A DNA stretch of 63,459 bases, counting the filler, from Octopus bimaculoides (taxonomy: Eukaryota): the NCBI RefSeq assembly GCF_001194135.2. It is 5 parts of 5 records of this genome, joined end to end, with 100 filler letters (N's around TTAATTAATTAA, not from the genome) between each part and the next. Parts side by side here need not be neighbours in the genome. Positions count along the whole stretch, not along the records: positions 1 to 27,629 come from NC_068989.1; positions 27,730 to 55,149 come from NC_068981.1; 3 more parts are not named here. One strand, 5' to 3'. The position numbers and the translations under genes were made by a program. The notes below the pieces were generated by a model that saw only the letters and a program-made list of their open reading frames with translations, made no database searches and had not been told where the DNA came from. This document shows positions 23,178 to 36,515 of this stretch, one piece after another (the stretch's first letter is position 1; each line of letters starts with the position of its first letter).

Positions 23178-23560
23178 GTGGAGGCGCAATGGCCCAGTGG
23201 TTAGGGCAGCGGACTCGCGGTCATAGGATCGCGGTTTCGATTCCCAGACCGGGCGTTGTGAGTGTTTATTGAGCGAAAACACCTAAAGCTCCACGAGGCT
23301 CCGGCAGGGGATGGTGGCGAACCCTGCTGTACTCTTTCACCACAACTTTCTCTCACTCTTACTTCCTGTTGCTGTTGTGCCTGTAATTCAAAAGGTCAGC
23401 CTTGTCACACTGTGTCACGCTGAATATCCCCGAGAACTACGTTAAGGGTACACGTGTCTGTGGAGTGCGCAGCCACTTGCACGTTAATTTTCACGAGCAG
23501 GCTGTTCCGTTGATCGGATGAACTGGAACCCTCGACGTCGTAAGCGACGGAGTGCCAACA
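23178..23560 (+). mobile_element. SINE type A, full length with TSD
   Basis: Highly similar to 672-1058; direct repeat CATTCTGTG at 23158-23166 and 23566-23574. Confidence 0.9.
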
Positions 23561-24655
23561 ATACACATTCTGTGAAGTGGATAGGACACAGATCGTGCCA
23601 CAGATGAAACCTATAAGCTAAACGTATAAATACAAAAATCAAACACGATATTTAGAACAAAAAAACGAACTAATATGCTAACAAGCCCCAAAGAGGCGAT
23701 ACAATAACTATCAGGCTTAAATGATTTAGTCGGGTTTGAGGTGCTTTGATCGACAGAACACTTCATGATTCCCTGGGATATTTCGTCAAGCATGCTCACC
23801 GTCTAGTAGCAGAAATATATTAAAGAACAACAGTGGAAGAATGCTTTACAATAGGTTATAGTCTTAAGGGCCATATTTACGACAAAACTTCTTCAAAATT
23901 AAAGAAAAAAAAAATAATATTCTTTTTTAATGGACAATATTTCTTCAAGTAAAATATCAAATATCAAATTTCAAATTTCCGGAAAGATTCGTTTTCTCTT
24001 CATTTATAAAAAAAATCGTTTATTCAAAGTTTAAAAAGTTAAAAATAGGTCAACGATCATTATCGATATTTTAAATTGGGCTAAGATTGTTGAAAGTGAG
24101 AAACTACTGTTTCCCGAAGTAGGCCGACATGATTCGATACTTAGCAGTGAATACTGTTTCGAATCCAAGTCAAATATTTGAAAGAATTAAATATAATGCA
24201 GGTGATGCCAGTTTTAAAATGTTTGATCATAGGTCTACTGGACAATGGTAGCACTGACATTGGATTATCCAGCGGAGAGTTTATGAAGCATCGAGACGAT
24301 AAATCATAAGACATATATGTTCAGTATATGAAAATCTGTAAGTCTTGTGGCTGTGGTAGAGTATTTGGCTCATGATAATAAGGGCATATGTGCGGTACTT
24401 GGCCCGGGTGGCAATCCATTTCACGTTCTAGTCTACTTAGGTGGGAGTGATCCCGGCTGAGTCCTGATGGGAACCTTCTCCTTTCAGCAGTCACATCTTA
24501 CTACAACCGCATCAACTCAAGCACACAGAAATCATACGCACCATCACACGCGCGCGCGATTAAAAGCATACAGAACATGTAGACACGCAAAGAGTACATG
24601 AATATACGTTAAAACACACACACACACAAACATGGACATCCAATTAATACACATA

Positions 24656-24892
24656 CAGTAAACCCTCGATTATTGCGGGTTTTACGTTTCAAATACCCCC
24701 GCCCTGCGATAGGTGACAATCTGCGAAGTAGAAACAGTACTGTACTATACGTATATATATTTTATTATTATTATTTTTAAAATGTGTATATATTTATTTT
24801 ATCATAAATGCAAAACAATACCTCGGAGGAATCGATGCAAGCTTAAATAATAAACTGCGATAGGTGAGCCGCGATGTAGCGAGGGATTATTG
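24656..24892. mobile_element. Tigger/pogo-like MITE (237 bp)
   Basis: TIRs CAGTAAACCCTCGATTATTGCGG / CCGCGATGTAGCGAGGGATTATTG; TA TSD at 24654-55 and 24893-94. Confidence 0.85.
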
Positions 24893-25732
24893 TATATCCT
24901 CACACATCATATAAACACATATATATATATAGACGGGCGCACGCGCGCACACTCTCGTATATATGTACAAACATACAAATTAAAGACACGCATACAATAA
25001 AACAAAGTAAAAACAGACTTTAAAATGTAACATACGCGTCAAAATAAAAACACAGACATACACATAAATAGACGGGTACAGACAGACGTATAATAATCCA
25101 CGTAGACACACAAACAAAACAGCGTGTATGCATATAACCAAGCCAGCTCAACCACGCAACAAATCAGTGTTAAAATAATCACGGATGAAAAATGTTATCC
25201 CAAAATAATATTTGAATTGTGCTAGGGTAGTTTGTTCAGGTATCGAGTCGTATATAGTGCAAGAACGAAGTCAAACCAAATAATGATATTCTGAAAGAAT
25301 TTAATATGTACNNNNNNNNNNNNNNNNNNNNNNNNNNNNNNNNNNNNNNNNNNNNNNNNNNNNNNNNNNNNNNNNNNNNNNNNNNNNNNNNNNNNNNNNN
25401 NNNNNNNNNNNCACACAAAATCATTCTAAAATTGAGTCAGGAGTATTATATTGTAACAGCTTGATAAATATTTAATTATTTTTAGTTTGCGGCAGCGTAT
25501 TACCGAAAAAACACTGAAATGACAGAGTCGTGAAGCAGTTCAATGAAATACTTCTAGATATCTATTCCGGTTTACTGGACTTGCTGAGTTCAATTTACGC
25601 CTGAAATTTGCTACAGAGGCATCCATATTTTCGGGGTCAGAAAATAGATCCAGTCTGGTGTGATGGATTGGTGGAACAGTAATCATCTCGGACCGCTACT
25701 TCTTTTTTTCCGATTTTTTTTTCACTCTGAGT

Positions 25733-25913
25733 TCACATCTTGCTATGTTCAAGTGAAAGACGTTCTCCATCACTCGCTTTAAACCATCCATCCTGGATAT
25801 CTTTATCGGAATCCATTCTGTAGCAACATTTGGGTCGTGTCTCAGTTTTCAGGATGCATTTCTCCCTGTCACTAGCCTTGCGGACTCTGGAAATATTGAC
25901 CGGCATTGCTTTC
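25733..25913 (-). CDS. Speculative terminal coding exon (KAMPVNISRVRKASDREK...SLEHSKM*)
   Basis: Pyrimidine-rich stretch and AG before 25913; higher-complexity ORF to TGA; no recognised homology. Confidence 0.2.
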
Positions 25914-27673
25914 CTTCGTGATCGAAAGACGGAATTAAAATTCATTTCAATATTCTTAATTCGTTCTGTCTCTAAAGTAGAGATGATGCTTAATTTTATG
26001 TGTGTGTGTGTGTGTGTGTGTGTGAACAAGCAGGTACAGAACATGCTTTTTCGGCGAATTTGTCATCGTCATCGTTGGTCGTGTTGCCATAGCAGCACCG
26101 AATGAACAAACATATGTTCATCAAAGTTCTAGTCAGGAATCTCCATTTAAAATTTGTTATTTCTCACTCGGGACTATACATTTTAAGCATCCTGTCTTTT
26201 CAAAAGATAACTGTGTACTGAAATTCCTTATTCCATCGATACCCGCATTGCTAAAAGCGTAGATAATTAACCTTTGCAAACATAAGTTTCCAGGCTTTAT
26301 CCCACATATTTGAAATTATGGAAAAGTGCTGTTCTCACAACGGCAGATCATCGAGAGTTTCATAATTGAATTTAGACAGACGGAAACTATGGAGAAGCCC
26401 ATCGGATGCACTATGACTATAATTCAATTGTCCAGATGCCATGTAGAGTGTGTCACGTTGGTTTTTATTTGAGAATTAATTCAAGTGTCTACGTGCTGCA
26501 GAATAACCAGTCTTTTTTGTGACGTAGTTCAATGAGCAGGTTATCCGTTTGGCCGCTGTAATCAACCTAACGCTCATAAACCGGTCATTTCCTTATTCAA
26601 GGCGGCAATGTGGGATTTGAGAAATATTTTGTCACTATTAGTAGCACAGAGGGACTCCCTGGTTAACTAATTTTGTTGCTTGGTTTTAATGTTGTTGTTG
26701 CTATCGTTGTTAATGTGGTTGTTGGTGAAATGGCTGTTATTAGCAAACGTGATACTTGTGGTACATTTAATGCTATCGGTGGCTTAAACATTGGTAGTAA
26801 TGGCGGTTATGTGAGTGGCTGGTTTATGCTTCTGTTTGTAGTAGTGTTAGCTATTGTTGGTATTTATAATTACGGTTTACATTGGTGTCTGAGATGGCTT
26901 AGTAGTTTGTGCCTGTAATGGTAAGGGTGGTTTAAATAGTATTTGTATTCGTAATCTTGTTTTCTTTTCTTGTTTGTTTATGGTGTTTATCTCTTCTTTC
27001 TATGTTTATTTTTGTCTGTCCAAGCAATCAACTGAATATAAAGAGTTTGAAAATAAACAATAAAAGTCACTAACATAGCACATTATACCACAGAGGGAAA
27101 TTAGAAAAGCAGGTGAAACATGAATTTAGGAGAAAAATAAAGAAAAACTAATTACTAAACAACGAAAGAGAGAGAGAGAGAGGTAGAAGAAATAAGGAAT
27201 GTGGGAAGAGAGGTGAGAGAGGAACAGAGAAAAATTATTTTTTATCAGTTTATGAAAAACATAATAGAATAAAAAGAAAATGGAATGAAAGTCAGTCAGA
27301 TCAAGAAGCAGAAATAATGAAAGAATGGAAGAAGTAGGAATAGAAGTATGAACAAATGAAACAGAAGAGAAAATATTATAAATAAATAAATTAATTAAAC
27401 TGTGAAGAAAGAAAATGGCAAAAGACAAACAATGAAAAGTACTAAAAAGTATAGACGATGGAGTTTGGGGAAGATGTGTATGTACATACACGCGTTTATA
27501 TAAATGGATATATAAATTTGTGTCCGTATGTATATGTAGTCATTCATTATATATATATATATATATATCCATATATCCATTGTTTAACATTCCCTTTCCA
27601 TGTTGGCATATACACACATATATATATGTNNNNNNNNNNNNNNNNNNNNNNNNNNNNNNNNNNNNNNNNNNNN

Positions 27674-27685
27674 TTAATTAATTAA
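27674..27685. other. Artificial scaffold linker TTAATTAATTAA (also at 55194-55205, 56934-56945, 61008-61019)
   Basis: Identical 12-mer with stops in all six frames, centred in 44N+12+44N spacers. Confidence 0.9.
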
Positions 27686-27729
27686 NNNNNNNNNNNNNNN
27701 NNNNNNNNNNNNNNNNNNNNNNNNNNNNN

Positions 27730-27985
27730 AGTAAGTGCCTTAGGTATAATAAAAAAATATTCAGACAAATACATAACAAAGACACCAGGACTTACAAATA
27801 TATATAACATACAGAAAATTGCACTACTGGGTACTGCACACATTCTACGCAAAACACTTTCAATACAGTAAACATAAGAGCACCACAGCAAACCACAGCA
27901 CATACCCAAGGCGCACAGAGCTGCGCTCGGTAGTGAAGTGAAAGCACGTTATAAAAATAAAACTACTGAATAATAATAATAATAA
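27730..27985 (+). mobile_element. R4/Dong-like LINE 3' end with (TAA)n tail
   Basis: GALGIIKKYSDKYITKTPGLTNIYNIQKIALLGTAHILRKTLSIQ*; near-identical to 55365-55628. Confidence 0.85.
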
Positions 27986-28859
27986 TAGAGCGCCATCCAC
28001 GTCAGCGTCTGGGCGTGTTCTTCGCTGCTCTGAGCAGTCAGCAGCCGAAGACACAGAGACACTAATACAACCCAGCAGGACAACTGAAAAATAACTCTCA
28101 TAGGCTCGAATATCTAAACTTTCCTATAAGTATTTAAAATTTCCGTCAAAATAAGTTAAGAAACTTACATGCCAACATTTGTCGAACACACAAACGATCA
28201 GCTTTAAAAATTTTATTATCTACCATTTCTACATTTCTATGAATACCTTTCTCCCTGAGTATTTCCATTCTCCCTGAGCATTCGAAAATGTAGATATCCT
28301 TTTTATTCTCAGAATACTGTGCGGACTTACAAAAGGTCCTTATAAATCTTAAAACTTTAATGTCTACAACTTTGTGTGAGAATTTTACCGTCCGTTTCAT
28401 TTCTTTCCTTTCTCCGTGTGTCTTCGAAAATGTAAACATTCCCTTTATTCTAAGAACACTACAGTTTTCTCAGTTCGGGCATTCAAAAGATCATCTTGAG
28501 AAAATATTAAAACTTTAATATCTAATTCTATGAACATTTTACCCTCGTTTCCTTTCTTTTCCGTCCTCCCTGAGTACTCGAAAATGTAAACACTTTTTTT
28601 TATTGCAAAAACACTAAATTCTTCTCTGATCATACATACAAGCGAATATCTCAAAAATATTTTAAAATTTAATATCTACAATTTTGTGTGAAAATTTATC
28701 TTTCATTTTTCCCTGACTACTCGAATATGGAAACATAGTTTTATTGTAACAATACAATTAAATGCACGATAAAAAAAAAAAAATTAAGAGTTAAGCACCT
28801 GCCAATACATACAAACTGTACAATTACAAAAACTGTAAATCACAGCAAAACTTATAAAA

Positions 28860-29010
28860 TGTAAAATTTCAAAGGAAAAACAAATTCAATATATATATAA
28901 AACATGAGGAAAATAGCACTTCTAGGCACTGTACACATGCTACCTAAAACTCTTTCACTAAAGTAATAATAAGAGCATCTCAGGAAACCACAGCACATAC
29001 CCATATTATA
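28860..29010 (+). mobile_element. Degenerate R4/Dong-like LINE 3' fragment
   Basis: ATAGCACTTCTAGGCACTGTACACATGCTAC...AACCACAGCACATACCC homologous to 27820-27910. Confidence 0.6.
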
Positions 29011-29916
29011 ACACGACCTGATAGGCGAAGTTACCCTGATGAAAAGTATGAAAACAGTTCCTGTGGTAACTAGTTTAGTCAACACTGCGCGAGAACGACT
29101 GCCTAAACAGCTGCAGGAGATTGGAACCAAAACATTATTGTCGTTATGCAGAAGAGTGCCTTCATTTAGTCTATTCCAATTCTTGAAAAACAAGTATTTG
29201 TGATCTAAGAATGTTTTTCGTCACTAAAACGCATTATAATAATTCTGCTAGTAAATTTGCACGTAACACACGGCGGTAGGAGTCTTATACAATCAGAAAA
29301 GAAAATACAAAATACATTATTTAGAAATAAAAACATCTAACAAAGTGTCGTGGTAAATTTATACATATTACTATAAAACAAGATTTAAAAAATTTTTTTA
29401 AATGTCTGACTTCAAAGATGCCAACAAATAAAATATGGCGGTTATAAAGAAAATGAAATTAACGAGAGAATGCTGGAACAGATAACATCTACATTAGATT
29501 TGAGACTACAGATCGCTATGCTAAAACGAAGGCAGCAAACGCACCTATGATGTTAACACTAGAGTAAGATAAACAGAGTTCTAAGAGACAAAGATAAATT
29601 CGGACACCAGCTGAGAATCTCAGGACTCAACGTCGATTTCCTGACTGCAGTACAGTAACAAAGTATCGTGATCCTGAAACAGGAAACGTGCAATGAATCA
29701 GCACACTGGAACTACTGAAAAAAAAAGTGGAGATGGTAAATAGCACACATCCACTTAAACTCTGACTAACCAGTCTAAGCCAACAGAGAATAAACTCTGA
29801 GGTTTAACAAGGTCAGAGCTTACATGCAGTAACAGTTAGACTGGCATTTTGAAATACCAACAGAGAACTTACACTAGAAAAGGGGTTTGAGAATATCAAT
29901 GCATCTATTCAATACG

Positions 29917-29951
<35 letters not shown>

Positions 29952-30214
29952 GTAATAATGAAATGAAGGTTAACTGGTCGGACATTGCTCTAGGCCAACT
30001 AAGAGAAAAAATACAACCTAATCGACATGATAAACCCAGCAGATGAATGATAAAAATAAAAAAAATAAAAATAGAGAGATCTTGAAAAACAGATAGCTGA
30101 CATGTGAGGATTGAAATTAGAAACAATCCCTATAGTAAACAATGAACATAATATAAAAACGAATAGAAAACTAAAAGGAGATTTTAAAAAAAAATAGCTA
30201 ATAGGACATACAGA

Positions 30215-30900
30215 TACGCGAGAATAACGAAAAATAACCGGAATTTTGCAATATTTTATTCACTTAATTTTACATGTTTACACTTTAATCGCCTTCAAAG
30301 TGTTCTCCGTTTGAAGCAATGTATGGTCCAGACGCGTTTAACACTGTTTGAAACATTTTAACGCTTCCATTGTTTCTTTCTTCACTTCTTCCACACCTGC
30401 AAATTCCGTAGCACCAGCTTTCGTCACCAGTGATGAACTTCAACAAAAGGTCGGGATCAATTTCCAGCTGCTCTTTCAGTTTACTACTCGCATTCAGTCG
30501 TGACTTCTTTTGATCTTCCGTGAGCAATCGAGGCTCAAAGTTTGCTACAACTCTTCTCATTTGCACTTCCACGCTCAAAATTTGTTGGCAGGAACTCCTG
30601 GACGCAAGAGTCATCTCAACAAGTTCATCAATTGTTCGGTGAAGCTCCTCCAGGTTCATTTCATGATTTTTTATGATGTCTTCATTCTTTCGTGAGGTGG
30701 ATGGTCGCTCTGAACTTGATGGGTTTTTAAGCGACAAGTGACCATTCCTAAATTATGAAAACCACTTGTAAACTTGTGTTTTGCTCATGGCAGCGTCTTT
30801 GTAAGTTGTTTGAAGCATGGCAACTGTTTCGAGCGCCGTTTTCCCTTAAGATAAAAAGATTTCAGTGAAGTACGCTGATCATTCGTCTTAGTAATCGTAA
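30215..30900 (-). mobile_element. Mariner transposase pseudogene with internal deletions
   Basis: QRTSLK...RPSTS...PRLLTEDQKKSR...ITGDESWCYG joined to the C-terminus IASNGEHFEGD*; TIR-like TACGCGAGAATAACGAAAAATAACCGGAATTT at 30215. Confidence 0.85.
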
Positions 30901-31521
30901 AAATCGACGAATAGGCGAGAGCACTGCAAAACAAAGTCGCACCACGAAGCAGCATGACTAAACCCAATAACGCTGGTCGTCCGTCTGATGCCTGACGGTC
31001 GTGTCAATTTGCTTCTAACGGCGGAAGACTAAACTACAAAGGGTTTGTGTCATAGACAGCTTTTCCTGTTGCTTGTGGGTTCCCAGTTGCATGCATAACT
31101 AACAGGAAAACCCAGTGATAGCAAGCAGATATATTACGAAGACTATTTTCAATCCAATCGGAATAACAACGTTAGACATTGTGTATACTCAAGGATCAAA
31201 AGGCTGTTGTCTTTAGTGCCCGTGAAATGTGTACACAGCCAGAGTTATCCATCACATAAAAACGAAAAGCAGTGCTAGAGACCTAATTATATATATANNN
31301 NNNNNNNNNNNNNNNNNNNNNNNNNNNNNNNNNNNNNNNNNNNNNNNNNNNNNNNNNNNNNNNNNNNNNNNNNNNNNNNNNNNNNNNNNNNNNNNNNNNN
31401 NNNNNNNNNNNNNNNNNNNNNNNNNNNNNNNNNNNNNNNNNNNNNNNNNNNNNNNNNNNNNNNNNNNNNNNNNNNNNNNNNNNNNNNNNNNNNNNNNNNN
31501 NNNNNNNNNNNNNNNNNNNNN

Positions 31522-31564
<43 letters not shown>

Positions 31565-32749
31565 GATAGATAGATAGATAGATTTAACAAAACAAAAAGA
31601 ACATCGGAAAAACTAGAAAACACAAGAACACAAGGACGTGGTACATGCAAAACATCAATAGGATTGAAAGGTGTGTTTTATGTTGCGAGCAAAGCTCTTT
31701 TTCAGAAACAGGAGACAAGAGAAAAGGAAGACGGAGAGAAAAATTGCCAACAGTGTGGTTACATTTTATATATAAATGTATAAGAATATGAGAGGTTTAG
31801 TACGCTAGGTGCTATAATTGGTCATTCGTTGGATTACCGTTTCACAGCTGTGGCTGGAGCTAAGTATGCTTATTAGGCTTCCGTGTTAGCAGTTATACAT
31901 TAGAGGAAAACGACAAGAAAACCAAAGCAGGAATAGTATCTGAAGTCATTTATAATAATTTAAGAAGGGCAAGGTGTATTTGAAGTCTTACAGCTGCTTC
32001 TGGGATATCCCAAGTGATAGCATAATTTATAAATGGCCCACGTGGGTATATATTTCGACTTAATCCATTATTTTAACATGCGAGGATCATTCTAAATACT
32101 GCCAAAATAGTTTCTGGATTTATCTAGGATTATACCAAAGGGCCTACACCTAGACCGATTGGAAAAAGATGAACTGTGAACTCTCCTGTCTGTATTCTAT
32201 CTACTTTTACTCTTTAGTCGAGTATCAGATCGTCTCTGCACTTTCGGCTGGTTACTCTTTAGACTACTCTAATCTGGTCAGCCCAAGAAGAGGAGAGAGG
32301 TAGGGGTAGAGGGATTGAAGAATTAGGGAAGGACGAGTAAGAGAGAGAAAACAAATGGGACAGAGTGAGGTAAAGGAGGAGGAAAAGTGATGAGAATGAA
32401 TGGAAGACCAAGAAATGTGAGAGATGGTGGGAGCGATATGCATGTATATGTATATATATATATATNNNNNNNNNNNNNNNNNNNNNNNNNNNNNNNNNNN
32501 NNNNNNNNNNNNNNNNNNNNNNNNNNNNNNNNNNNNNNNNNNNNNNNNNNNNNNNNNNNNNNNNNNNNNNNNNNNNNNNNNNNNNNNNNNNNNNNNNNNN
32601 NNNNNNNNNNNNNNNNNNNNNNNNNNNNNNNNNNNNNNNNNNNNNNNNNNNNNNNNNNNNNNNNNNNNNNNNNNNNNNATATATATATGAGTAATTGTTG
32701 ACAAAATCACACCTAGAGTGCCCACATCAACAATAAAACCGATACAGCT

Positions 32750-33260
32750 CGTAGGATGATCTCCTGGAAGCTAAGCACCTTCCCATCCAGAGAACAAGGT
32801 GTCATCATTCCCTTTTTTCTCCTTTTTGTACAGCCACTACTCGAATACTGCTGCTCCCTGTGGACTTCCAATCCAAAACAAAATATTTTGAAAACTGAAT
32901 CACCTTTGAGGTCATTCATTAATAAAATTAAGAGCATGGCTGATCTCGATTATTGGGACCGTCTTAAAGCATTGAAACTCTATTCTCTGCAGCGCTATTG
33001 TGATCGGTACCTCATGTGCACGATGTGAAGAATACACCCCCTGCATTGGCCAAACTTCAAAATTCTTCCAAGGCTAGGAACATGTGCCATACGTTGTCTA
33101 CACAATTCAGGATCACAACACATAAGTAAACAGCAGCACAATTTCATTTCCTCAACAGGCGTTGCCCTATTTAGCATTGTTCCAAAACAGACCCAAAAAA
33201 GGTGAGAAATGCAATCATTAAATGCAGCTCTATCTTCAACATCACAGACATGGAATTTCA
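32750..33260 (+). mobile_element. CR1-like LINE RT C-terminal remnant
   Basis: FVQPLLEYCCSLW...LDYWDRLKALKLYSLQR...RY, typical of the CR1 post-RT region. Confidence 0.8.
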
Positions 33261-33729
33261 AGACACAAGACACATTAATATAATTTTTCTTAAATATTTT
33301 ATCAGAGCAACGAAATTGAGGATGTAGCTAGTGTAGCAAGAATATATATATATATATAATTTATTATTTATTTATATATTTATTTATGCGTTTCAGCCAA
33401 GTGGCTGCGGTCATGCTGGAGCACCACCATGACTTTCCGTCTTTATGCTGTGCTCTCTTCACGTTCCTTGCATGGCTCTTCTCCTCCATCTGATATAGTC
33501 CAATCAAGATTTTTGATGGCACATCTGCTGTATAAGAGAATTTGACATCGCTGCCCTGAACTGTGTCTCATTTAGAGCCATTGGGTCGTCTGGTATCATA
33601 TAAATGAAAAAAAAAATTATAAACAAACGACGTAACGTGTACTGAATGTTAAAACAAACGACAGAAAGCCAGACGTTTTGTAATTCTTCATCAGTTATTG
33701 ACCAATTGGAAATATTCAGTCTTCCGCTA

Positions 33730-33848
33730 TTTCATTCTTTTACTTGTTTCAACGATTTGATTGCGATCTTGCTGGAGCACCAGCTTCAAACGTTTTAGTC
33801 AAACAAATCGACCATAAGATTTATTTCTTACGCCTAGTACCTATTGTA
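33730..33848 (-). mobile_element. SINE type B 3' tail fragment
   Basis: TTTTACTTGTTTCA...GCTGGAGCACC...AAATCGACC...CCTAGTAC. Confidence 0.6.
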
Positions 33849-33959
33849 ACCATCACATATGCCAAACTGAACAGTTACGTGGACGTAAGAACAACAGCAA
33901 GCGGGAATGAGAGTACATACACATGCACAATGACACCCACACTTACGTATATACACACG

Positions 33960-34034
<75 letters not shown>

Positions 34035-34906
34035 NNNNNNNNNNNNNNNNNNNNNNNNNNNNNNNNNNNNNNNNNNNNNNNNNNNNNNNNNNNNNNNNNN
34101 NNNNNNNNNNNNNNNNNNNNNNNNNNNNNNNNNNNNNNNNNNNNNNNNNNNNNNNNNNNNNNNNNNNNNNNNNNNNNNNNNNNNNNNNNNNNNNNNNNNN
34201 NNNNNNNNNNNNNNNNNNNNNNNNNNNNNNNNNNNNNNNNNNNNNNNNNNNNNNNNNNNNNNNNNNNNNNNNNNNNNNNNNNNNNNNNNNNNNNNNNNNN
34301 NNNNNNNNNNNNNNNNNNNNNNNNNNNNNNNNNNNNNNNNNNNNNNNNNNNNNNNNNNNNNNNNNNNNNNNNNNNNNNNNNNNNNNNNNNNNNNNNNNNN
34401 NNNNNNNNNNNNNNNNNNNNNNNNNNNNNNNNNNNNNNNNNNNNNNNNNNNNNNNNNNNNNNNNNNNNNNNNNNNNNNNNNNNNNNNNNNNNNNNNNNNN
34501 NNNNNNNNNNNNNNNNNNNNNNNNNNNNNNNNNNNNNNNNNNNNNNNNNNNNNNNNNNNNNNNNNNNNNNNNNNNNNNNNNNNNNNNNNNNNNNNNNNNN
34601 NNNNNNNNNNNNNNNNNNNNNNNNNNNNNNNNNNNNNNNNNNNNNNNNNNNNNNNNNNNNNNNNNNNNNNNNNNNNNNNNNNNNNNNNNNNNNNNNNNNN
34701 NNNNNNNNNNNNNNNNNNNNNNNNNNNNNNNNNNNNNNNNNNNNNNNNNNNNNNNGTAAAAAAAACATGTAAATTTATTTAAGTTCGTGTGCCCATATGT
34801 CAGATTGCAGATTTGTAATTTTGCGTGAGTGTGCGTCTATGTGTGTGTGTACATGTATAATGGTAGTAGTAATAGGATTTGTAGCAGCAGGAGGTGCAGC
34901 AGCATT

Positions 34907-34907
<1 letters not shown>

Positions 34908-34966
<59 letters not shown>

Positions 34967-35002
34967 CAGCAGCAGCAACAGTAGTTGTAGTAGTAGTAGT
35001 AT

Positions 35003-35046
<44 letters not shown>
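34908..35046. repeat. (AGT)n microsatellite
   Basis: Direct reading of the sequence. Confidence 0.95.
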
Positions 35047-35047
<1 letters not shown>

Positions 35048-35395
35048 GGAGGACGAACGTCTGTGAATATCTGTACCCGATAGCGTAGACATTTGAAACG
35101 ATTATAGAGATCACATACGTGTGCGCGTGGAGGAGGGACAGTGGCCGTGTGGTTATGTGGTTATGTGTGTGCGAAAGACAGAACTTGAGAATGCATGTGC
35201 CCGTGCGTTTACATATGCTTGTTTGTTTGTTTTTCTGTGTGCAATATGCATCAATGATCTCTTCCTTTCAGTAAAGTAAATATTCTCTGTGCATGTAACT
35301 AGATATTTACATGTGCATATGTATTTATCACACCATGTATATGTGTGTTGCGAGTGTGTATGTGTGTATCTATCACCATCTCTCTCTCTCTCTCT

Positions 35396-35433
<38 letters not shown>

Positions 35434-36462
35434 CCCACTCTCTCTCTCTCGCTTTATATATATACACATACATACTTAAGCTTATATAAATATATATACA
35501 TATATATGCATATGTATATACAACAAATCTCTCTCTCTCTCTCTCTCTCNNNNNNNNNNNNNNNNNNNNNNNNNNNNNNNNNNNNNNNNNNNNNNNNNNN
35601 NNNNNNNNNNNNNNNNNNNNNNNNNNNNNNNNNNNNNNNNNNNNNNNNNNNNNNNNNNNNNNNNNNNNNNNNNNNNNNNNNNNNNNNNNNNNNNNNNNNN
35701 NNNNNNNNNNNNNNNNNNNNNNNNNNNNNNNNNNNNNNNNNNNNNNNNNNNNNNNNNNNNNNNNNNNNNNNNNNNNNNNNNNNNNNNNNNNNNNNNNNNN
35801 NNNNNNNNNNNNNNNNNNNNNNNNNNNNNNNNNNNNNNNNNNNNNNNNNNNNNNNNNNNNNNNNNNNNNNNNNNNNNNNNNNNNNNNNNNNNNNNNNNNN
35901 NNNNNNNNNNNNNNNNNNNNNNNNNNNNNNNNNNNNNNNNNNNNNNNNNNNNNNNNNNNNNNNNNNNNNNNNNNNNNNNNNNNNNNNNNNNNNNNNNNNN
36001 NNNNNNNNNNNNNNNNNNNNNNNNNNNNNNNNNNNNNNNNNNNNNNNNNNNTATATATATATATATATATGTGCGTGTGTGTGTGTATGTAGGTATGTAT
36101 GTATATATATATGTGTGCATATAGTATGTATGGTAGTAATATGCTGTAAGTGAACGTTTACTCTGGCGATAAAACCCACAAACGTTCACACTGACTTCCA
36201 TCTATCCCTTTCCGTGTTTCAGTTTTTCCTGTATTTTTCTCTCATGCATAATTTTACAAATTTTCGTTCATTCATTGAAGCATACCTATACATGTATTAA
36301 AGTCAGCCACTCGAAGCTCATACATACATTCATTCATCAATATCACGCTCATTCACAAATATTTGTCCATATGTCACAGAACTCTCGCATAATATAAGCA
36401 TGCATATTGTTTTGTATTTGGTTTCCACACAAGGTCACACACTAACAGGCACAGACGCACTC

Positions 36463-36515
<53 letters not shown>

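Noticed and set aside
27630-27729. Recurrent TTAATTAATTAA palindrome (four occurrences) as a biological motif
   Set aside because: Always centred in a 44N+12+44N block; it is a six-frame-stop scaffolding linker.
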